From assembly GCF_009914755.1 (NCBI RefSeq), contig NC_060938.1: a stretch of DNA of 64,000 nt. The stretch is one strand, 5' to 3'. How positions within the stretch are numbered: the stretch's first letter is position 1; the number at the start of each line of letters is the position of its first letter. The notes under the pieces are model-generated. The model was not told the origin of the DNA, ran no database searches, and saw only the letters and a program-made list of their open reading frames with translations. Position numbers and translations under genes: made by a program. Below, piece after piece: positions 47,079-64,000 of this stretch. Source of the stretch: the human T2T-CHM13v2.0 reference genome, Homo sapiens.

Positions 47079-48698
47079 ATCAATCGTCTTCTTTTTAGTA
47101 CGGATGTGCTCTCGCTTTATTGTCCATGCTCTGGGCACACGTGGTCTCTTTTCAAACTTCTATGATTATTATTATTGTAGGCGTCATCTCACGTGTCGAG
47201 GTGATCTCGAACTTTTAGGCTCCAGAGATCCTCCCGCATCGGCCTCCCGGAGTGCTGTGATGACACGCGTGGGCACGGTACGCTCTGGTCGTGTTTGTCG
47301 TGGGTCGGTTCTTTCCGTTTTTAATACGGGGACTGCGAACGAAGAAAATTTTCAGACGCATCTCACCGATCCGCCTTTTCGTTCTTTCTTTTTATTCTCT
47401 TTAGACGGAGTTTCACTCTTGTCGCCCAGGGTGGAGTACGATGGCGGCTCTCGGCTCACCGCACCCTCCGCCTCCCAGGTTCAAGTGATTCTCCTGCCTC
47501 AGCCTTCCCGAGTAGCTGGAATGACAGAGATGAGCCATCGTGCCCGGCTAATTTTTCTATTTTTAGTACAGATGGGGTTTCTCCATCTTGGTCAGGCTGG
47601 TCTTCAACTTCCGACCGTTGGAGAATCTTAACTTTCTTGGTGGTGGTTGTTTTCCTTTTTCTTTTTTTTCTTTTCTTTTCTTTCCTTCTCCTCCCCCCCC
47701 ACCCCCCCTTGTCGTCGTCGTCCTCCTCCTCCTCCTCCTCCTCCTCCTCCTCTTTCATTTCTTTCAGCTGGGCTCTCCTACTTGTGTTGCTCTGTTGCTC
47801 ACGCTGGTCTCAAACTCCTGGCCTTGACGCTTCTCCCGTCACATCCGCCGTCTGGTTGTTGAAATGAGCATCTCTCGTAAAATGGAAAAGATGAAAGAAA
47901 TAAACACGAAGACGGAAAGCACGGTGTGAACGTTTCTCTTGCCGTCTCCCGGGGTGTACCTTGGACCCGGAAACACGGAGGGAGCTTGGCTGAGTGGGTT
48001 TTCGGTGCCGAAACCTCCCGAGGGCCTCCTTCCCTCTCCCCCTTGTCCCCGCTTCTCCCCCAGCCGAGGCTCCCACCGCCGCCCTGGCATTTTCCATAGG
48101 AGAGGTATGGGAGAGGACTGACACGCCTTCCAGGTCTATATCCTGCCGGACGTCTCTGGCTCGGCGTGCCCCACCGGCTACCTGCCACCTTCCAGGGAGC
48201 TCTGAGGCGGATGCGACCCCCACCCCCCCGTCACGTCCCGCTACCCTCCCCCGGCTGGCCTTTGCCGGGCGACCCCAGGGGAACCGCGTTGATGCTGCCT
48301 TCGGATCCTCCGGCGAAGACTTCCACCGGATGCCCCGGGTGGGCCGGTTGGGATCAGACTGGACCACCCCGGACCGTGCTGTTCTTGGGGGTGGGTTGAC
48401 GTACAGGGTGGACTGGCAGCCCCAGCATTGTAAAGGGTGCGTGGGTATGGAAATGTCACCTAGGATGCCCTCCTTCCCTTCGGTCTGCCTTCAGCTGCCT
48501 CAGGCGTGAAGACAACTTCCCATCGGAACCTCTTCTCTTCCCTTTCTCCAGCACACAGATGAGACGCACGAGAGGGAGAAACAGCTCAATAGATACCGCT
48601 GACCTTCATTTGTGGAATCCTCAGTCATCGACACACAAGACAGGTGACTAGGCAGGGACACAGATCAAACACTATTTCCGGGTCCTCGTGGTGGGATT

Positions 48699-48747
<49 letters not shown>

Positions 48748-49417
48748 CGCGCACGCGCGCACACACACACACAATTTCCATATCTAGTTCACAGAGCACA
48801 CTCACTTCCCCTTTTCACAGTACGCAGGCTGAGTAAAACCCGCCCCACCCTCCACCCGTTGGCTGACGAAACCCCTTCTCTACAATTGATGAAAAAGATG
48901 ATCTGGGCCGGGCACGCTAGCTCACGCCTGTCACTCCGGCACTTTGGGAGGCCGAGGCGGGTGGATCGCTTGGGGCCGGGAGTTCGAGACCAGGCTGGCC
49001 GACGTGGCGAAACCCCGTCTCTCTGAAAAATAGAACGATTAGCCGGGCCTGGTGGCGTGGGCTTGGAATCACGACCGCTCGGGAGACTGGGGCGGGCGAC
49101 TTGTTCCAACCGGGGAGGCCGAGGTTGCGATGAGCTGAGATCGTGCCGTGGCGATGCGGCCTGGATGACGGAGCGAGACCCCGTCTCGAGAGAATCATGA
49201 TGTTATTATAAGATGAGTTGTGCGCGGTGATGGCCGCCTGTAGTCGCGGCTACTCGGGAGGCTGAGACGAGGAGAAGATCACTTGAGGCCCCACAGGTCG
49301 AGGCTTCGGTCGGCCGTGACCCACTGTATCCTGGGCAGTCACCGGTCAAGGAGATATGCCCCTTCCCCGTTTGCTTTTCTTTTCTTCCCTTCTCTTTTCT
49401 TCTTTTTGCTTCTCTTT

Positions 49418-49453
<36 letters not shown>

Positions 49454-50271
49454 TTTCTTTTTCTCTCTTCCCCTCTTTCTTTCCTGCCTTCCTGCCTTTC
49501 TTCTTTTCTTCTTTCCTCCCTTCCTCCCTTCCTTCTTTCCTCCCGCCTCAGCCTCCCAAAGTGCTGGGATGACTGGCGGGAGGCACCATGCCTGCTTGGC
49601 CCAAAGAGACCCTCTTGGAAAGTGAGACGCAGAGAGCGCCTTCCAGTGATCTCATTGACTGATTTAGAGACGGCATCTCGCTCCGTCACCCCGGCAGTGG
49701 TGCCGTCGTAACTCACTCCCTGCAGCGTGGACGCTCCTGGACTCGAGCGATCCTTCCACCTCAGCCTCCAGAGTACAGAGCCTGGGACCGCGGGCACGCG
49801 CCACTGTGCCCACACCGTTTTTAATTGTTTTTTTTTCCCCCGAGACAGAGTTTCACTCTCGTGGCCTAGACTGCAGTGCGGTGGCGCGATCTTGGCTCAC
49901 CGCAACCTCTGCCTCCCGGTTTCAAGCGATTCTCCTGCATCGGCCTCCTGAGTAGCCGGGATTGCGGGCATGCGCTGCCACGTCTGGCTGATTTCGTATT
50001 TTTAGTGGAGACGGGGCTTCTCCATGTCGATCGGGCTGGTTTCGAACTCCCGACCTCAGGTGATCCGCCCTCCCCGGCCTCCGGAAGTGCTGGGATGACA
50101 GGCGTGAGCCACCGCGCCCGGCCTTCATTTTTAAATGTTTTCCCACAGACGGGGTCTCATCATTTCTTTGCAACCCTCCTGCCCGGCGTCTCAAAGTGCT
50201 GGCGTGACGGGCGTGAGCCACTGCGCCTGGACTCCGGGGAATGACTCACGACCACCATCGCTCTACTGATC

Positions 50272-50330
<59 letters not shown>

Positions 50331-50801
50331 GATGAATTATCTTATGATTTATTTGTGTACTTATTTTCAGACGGAGTCTCGCTCTGGGCGGGGCGAGGCG
50401 AGGCGAGGCACAGCGCATCGCTTTGGAAGCCGCGGCAACGCCTTTCAAAGCCCCATTCGTATGCACAGAGCCTTATTCCCTTCCTGGAGTTGGAGCTGAT
50501 GCCTTCCGTAGCCTTGGGCTTCTCTCCATTCGGAAGCTTTGACAGGCGCAACCCCACCCAGAGGCTGGCTGCGGCTGAGGATTAGGGGGTGTGTTGGGGC
50601 TGAAAACTGGGTCCCCTATTTTTGATACCTCAGCCGACACATCCCCCGACCGCCATCGCTTGCTCGCCCTCTGAGATCCCCCGCCTCCACCGCCTTGCAG
50701 GCTCACCTCTTACTTTCATTTCTTCCTTTCTTGCGTTTGAGGAGGGGGTGCGGGAATGAGGGTGTGTGTGGGGAGGGGGTGCGGGGTGGGGACGGAGGGG
50801 A

Positions 50802-55217
<4,416 letters not shown>

Positions 55218-55218
55218 G

Positions 55219-59779
<4,561 letters not shown>

Positions 59780-61346
59780 TGTTAAGGCCGGACGCAACAC
59801 GGCGAAACCCCGTCTCTACTAAAAATACAAAGCTGAGTCGGGAGCGGTGGGGCAGGCCCCTGTAATGCCAGCTCCTCGGGAGGCTGAGGCGGGAGAATCG
59901 CTTGAACCAGGGAAGCGGAGGCTGCAGGGAGCCGAGATCGCGCCACTGCACTACGGCCCAGGCTGTAGAGTGAGTGAGACTCGGTCTCTAAATAAATACG
60001 GAAATTAATTAATTCATTAATTCTTTTCCCTGCTGACGGACATTTGCAGGCAGGCATCGGTTGTCTTCGGGCATCACCTAGCGGCCACTGTTATTGAAAG
60101 TCGACGTGACACGGAGGGAGGTCTCGCCGACTTCACCGAGCCTGGGGCAACGGGTTTCTCTCTCTCCCTTCTGGAGGCCCCTCCCTCTCTCCCTCGTTGC
60201 CTAGGGAACCTCGCCTAGGGAACCTCCGCCCTGGCGGGGGCCCTATTGTTCTTTGATCGGCGCTTTACTTTTCTTTGTGTTTTGGCGCCTAGACTCTTCT
60301 ACTTGGGCTTTGGGAAGGGTCAGTTTAATTTTCAAGTTGCCCCCCGGCTCCCCCCACTACCCACGTCCCTTCACCTTAATTTAGTGAGTCGGTTAGGTGG
60401 GTTTCCCCCAAACCGCCCCCCCCCCCCCCCCGCCTCCCAACACCCTGCTTGGAAACCTTCCAGAGCCACCCCGGTGTGCCTCCGTCTTCTCTCCCCTTCC
60501 CCCACCCCTTGCCGGCGATCTCATTCTTGCCAGGCTGACATTTGCATCGGTGGGCGTCAGGCCTCACTCGGGGGCCACCGTTTTTGAAGATGGGGGCGGC
60601 ACGGTCCCACTTCCCCGGAGGCAGCTTGGGCCGATGGCATAGCCCCTTGACCCGCGTGGGCAAGCGGGCGGGTCTGCAGTTGTGAGGCTTTTCCCCCCGC
60701 TGCTTCCCGCCTCAGGCCTCCCTCCCTAGGAAAGCTTCACCCTGGCTGGGTCTCGGTCACCTTTTATCACGATGTTTTAGTTTCTCCGCCCTCCGGCCAG
60801 CAGAGTTTCACAATGCGAAGGGCGCCACGGCTCTAGTCTGGGCCTTCTCAGTACTTGCCCAAAATAGAAACGCTTTCTGAAAACTAATAACTTTGCTCAC
60901 TTAAGATTTCCAGGGACGGCGCCTTGGCCCGTGTTTGTTGGCTTGTTTTGTTTCGTTCTGTTTTGTTTTGTTCGTGTTTTTCCTTTCTCGTATGTCTTTC
61001 TTTTCAGGTGAAGTAGAAATCCCCAGTTTTCAGGAAGACGTCTATTTTCCCCAAGACACGTTAGCTGCCGTTTTTTCCTGTTGTGAACTAGCGCTTTTGT
61101 GACTCTCTCAACGTGCAGTGAGAGCCGGTTGATGTTTACTATCCTTCATCATGACATCTTATTTTCTAGAAATCCGTAGGCGAATGCTGCTGCTGCTCTT
61201 GTTGCTGTTGTTGTTGTTGTTGTTGTCGTCGTTGCTGTTGTCGTTGTCGTTGTTGTTGTCGTTGTCGTTGTTTTCAAAGTATACCCCGGCCACCGTTTAT
61301 GGGATCAAAAGCATTATAAAATATGTGTGATTATTTCTTGAGCACG

Positions 61347-61943
61347 CCCTTCCTCCCCCTCTCTCTGTCTCTCTGTCTGTCTCTGTCTCTCTCTTTCTCT
61401 GTCTGTCTTCTCTCTCTCTCTCTCTGTGTCTCTCTCTCTCTGCCTGTCTGTTTCTCTCTCTCTGCCTCTCTCTCTCTCTCTCTCTCTGCCTGTCTCTCTC
61501 ACTGTGTCTGTCTTCTGTCTTACTCCCTTTCTCTGTCTGTCTGTCGGTCTCTCTCTCTCTCTCTCCCTGTCTGTATGTTTCTCTCTGTCTCTGTCTCTCT
61601 CTCTCTTTCTGTTTCTCTCTCTCCGTCTCTGTCTTTCTCTGACTGTCTCTCTCTTTCCTTCTCTCTGTCTCTCTCTGCCTGTCTCTCTCACTCTGTCTTC
61701 TGTCTTACTCTCTCTCTCTGCCTGCCTGTCTCTCTCACTCTCTCTCTCTGTGTGTCTCTCTCTCTCTTTCTGTTTCTCTCTGTCTCTCTGTCCGTCTCTG
61801 TCTTTCTCTGTCTGTCTCTTTGTCTGTCTGTCTTTGTCTTTCCTTCTCTCTGTCTCTGTCTCTCTCACTGTGTCTGTCTTCTGTCTTAGTCTCTCTCTCT
61901 CTCTCTCCCTGTCTGTCTGTCTCTCTCTCTCTCTCCCCCTGTC

Positions 61944-61986
<43 letters not shown>

Positions 61987-62541
61987 TTGTCTTTCTTTCT
62001 GTCTCTGTCTCTCTCTCTCTCTCTGTGTGTCTGTCTTCTGTCTTACTGTCTTTCTCTGCCTGTCTGTCTGTCTGTCTCTCTCTGTCTGTCTCTCTCTCTC
62101 TCTCCCCCCTGTCGGCTGTTTCTCTGTCTCTGTCTGTGTCTCTCTTTCTGTCTGTTTCTCTCTGTCTGTCTTTCTCTCTCTGTCTCTTTCTCTCTGTCTC
62201 TCTGTCTGTCTCTGTCTCTCTCTCTGTCTCTCTCTCTCTGTGGGGGTGTGTGTGTGTGTGTGTATGTGTGTGTGTGTGTGTGTGTGTGTCTGCCTTCTGT
62301 CTTACTCTCTTTCTCTGCCTGTCTGTCTGCCTGTCTGTTTGTCTCTCTCTCTCTGCCTGTCTCTCTCCCTTCCTGTCTGTTTCTCTCTCTTTCTGTTTCT
62401 CTCTGTCTCTGTCCATCTCTGTCTTTCTCCGTCTGTCTCTTTATCTGTCTCTCTCCGTCTGTCTCTTTATCTGTCTCTCTCTCTCTTTCTGTCTTTCTCT
62501 CTCTGTGTATCGTTGTCTCTCTCTGTCTGTCTCTGTCTCTG

Positions 62542-62574
<33 letters not shown>

Positions 62575-62637
62575 GTCTGTCTGTCCGTCTGTCTGTCTCG
62601 GTCTCTGGCTCTCGCTATCTCCCGCCCTCTCTTTTTT
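61347..62637 (+). repeat. Third CT tract, second unit
   Basis: Copy of 17075-18365. Confidence 0.9.
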
Positions 62638-64000
62638 TGCAAAAGAAGCTCAAGTACATCTAATCTAATCCCTTACCAAGGCCTGAATTCTTCACTTCTG
62701 ACATCCCAGATTTGATCTCCCTACAGAATGCTGTACAGAACTGGCGAGTTGATTTCTGGACTTGGATACCTCATAGAAACTACATATGAATAAAGATCCA
62801 ATCCTAAAATCTGGGGTGGCTTCTCCCTCGACTGTCTCGAAAAATCGTACCTCTGTTCCCCTAGGATGCCGGAAGAGTTTTCTCAATGTGCATCTGCCCG
62901 TGTCCTAAGTGATCTGTGACCGAGCCCTGTCCGTCCTGTCTCAAATATGTACGTGCAAACACTTCTCTCCATTTCCACAACTACCCACGGCCCCTTGTGG
63001 AACCACTGGCTCTTTGAAAAAAATCCCAGAAGTGGTTTTGGCTTTTTGGCTAGGAGGCCTAAGCCTGCTGAGAACTTTCCTGCCCAGGATCCTGTGTGAC
63101 CAAAAGTGCCTCTGCTGGGAGCTGGGATCCTCGGGACCATGCTTGCTAGCGCTGGATGAGTCTCTGGAAGGACGCACGGGACTCCGCAAAGCTGACCTGT
63201 CCCACCGAGGTCAAATGGATACCTCTGCATTGGCCCGAGGCCTCCGAAGTACATCACCGTCACCAACCGTCACCGTCAGCATCCTTGTGAGCCTGCCCAA
63301 GGCCCCGCCTCCGGGGAGACTCTTGGGAGCCCGGCCTTCGTCGGCTAAAGTCCAAAGGGATGGTGACTTCCACCCACAAGGTCCCCACTGAACGGCGAAG
63401 ATGTGGAGCGTAGGTCAGAGAGGGGACCAGGAGGGGAGACGTCCCGACAGGCGACGAGTTCCCAAGGCTCTGGCCACCCCACCCACGCCCCACGCCCCAC
63501 GTCCCGGGCACCCGCGGGACACCGCCGCTTTATCCCCTCCTCTGTCCACAGCCAGCCCCACCCCACCACGCAACCCACGCACACACGCTGGAGGTTCCAA
63601 AACCACACGGTGTGACTAGAGCCTGACGGAGCGAGAGCCCATTTCACGAGGTGGGAGGGGTGGGGGTGGGGTGGGTTGGGGGTTGTGGGGTCTGTGGCGA
63701 GCCCGATTCTCCCTCTTGGGTGGCTACAGGCTAGAAATGAATATCGCTTCTTGGGCGGAGGGGCTTCCTTAGGCCATCACCGCTTGCGGGACTACCTCTC
63801 AAACCCTCCCTTGAGGCCACAAAATAGATTCCACCCCACCCATCGACGTTTCCCCCGGGTGCTGGATGTATCCTGTCAAGAGACCTGAGCCTGACACCGT
63901 CGAATTAAACACCTTGACTGGCTTTGTGTGTTTGTTTGTTTCTGAGATGGAGTCTTGCTCTGTCCCCCAGGCTGGAGTGCAGTGGCGTGATCTCAGCTCA

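Overview
Human (great-ape type) ribosomal DNA tandem array. The window holds about 1.45 repeat units with a period of 44,272 bp: 1-19728 recurs at 44273-64000, and the ORF track repeats exactly at that offset. The order is: intergenic spacer (IGS) 1-30894; the Pol I 45S/47S unit on the + strand (TSS 30895, 5'ETS, 18S 34533-36401, ITS1, 5.8S 37473-37629, ITS2, 28S 38798-43881, 3'ETS); then the next IGS. The IGS contains Sal-box terminators in two R-repeats, many Alus, two ~4.5 kb Long/Butterfly repeats with kb-scale CT tracts, a CDC27 retrocopy, the RGC p53 site and the spacer-promoter region. No genuine protein-coding gene is supported; the long ORFs are low-complexity or GC artefacts. The most notable observations are: (1) a dispersed family of three co-oriented, collinear CTCF-motif modules (about 15.8, 25.9 and 30.0 kb), two of which also keep RFX-like and TCF/LEF-like motifs; (2) the same TAATCC>TCATCC change in most IGS Alu left arms; (3) the CDC27 retrocopy looks like a 3.8 kb TSD-flanked copy of an intron-terminated transcript; (4) an A>G variant at +7 of the Pol I initiator. 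All comparisons to reference sequences and repeat consensuses are from memory, not from database searches, and repeat boundaries are approximate.
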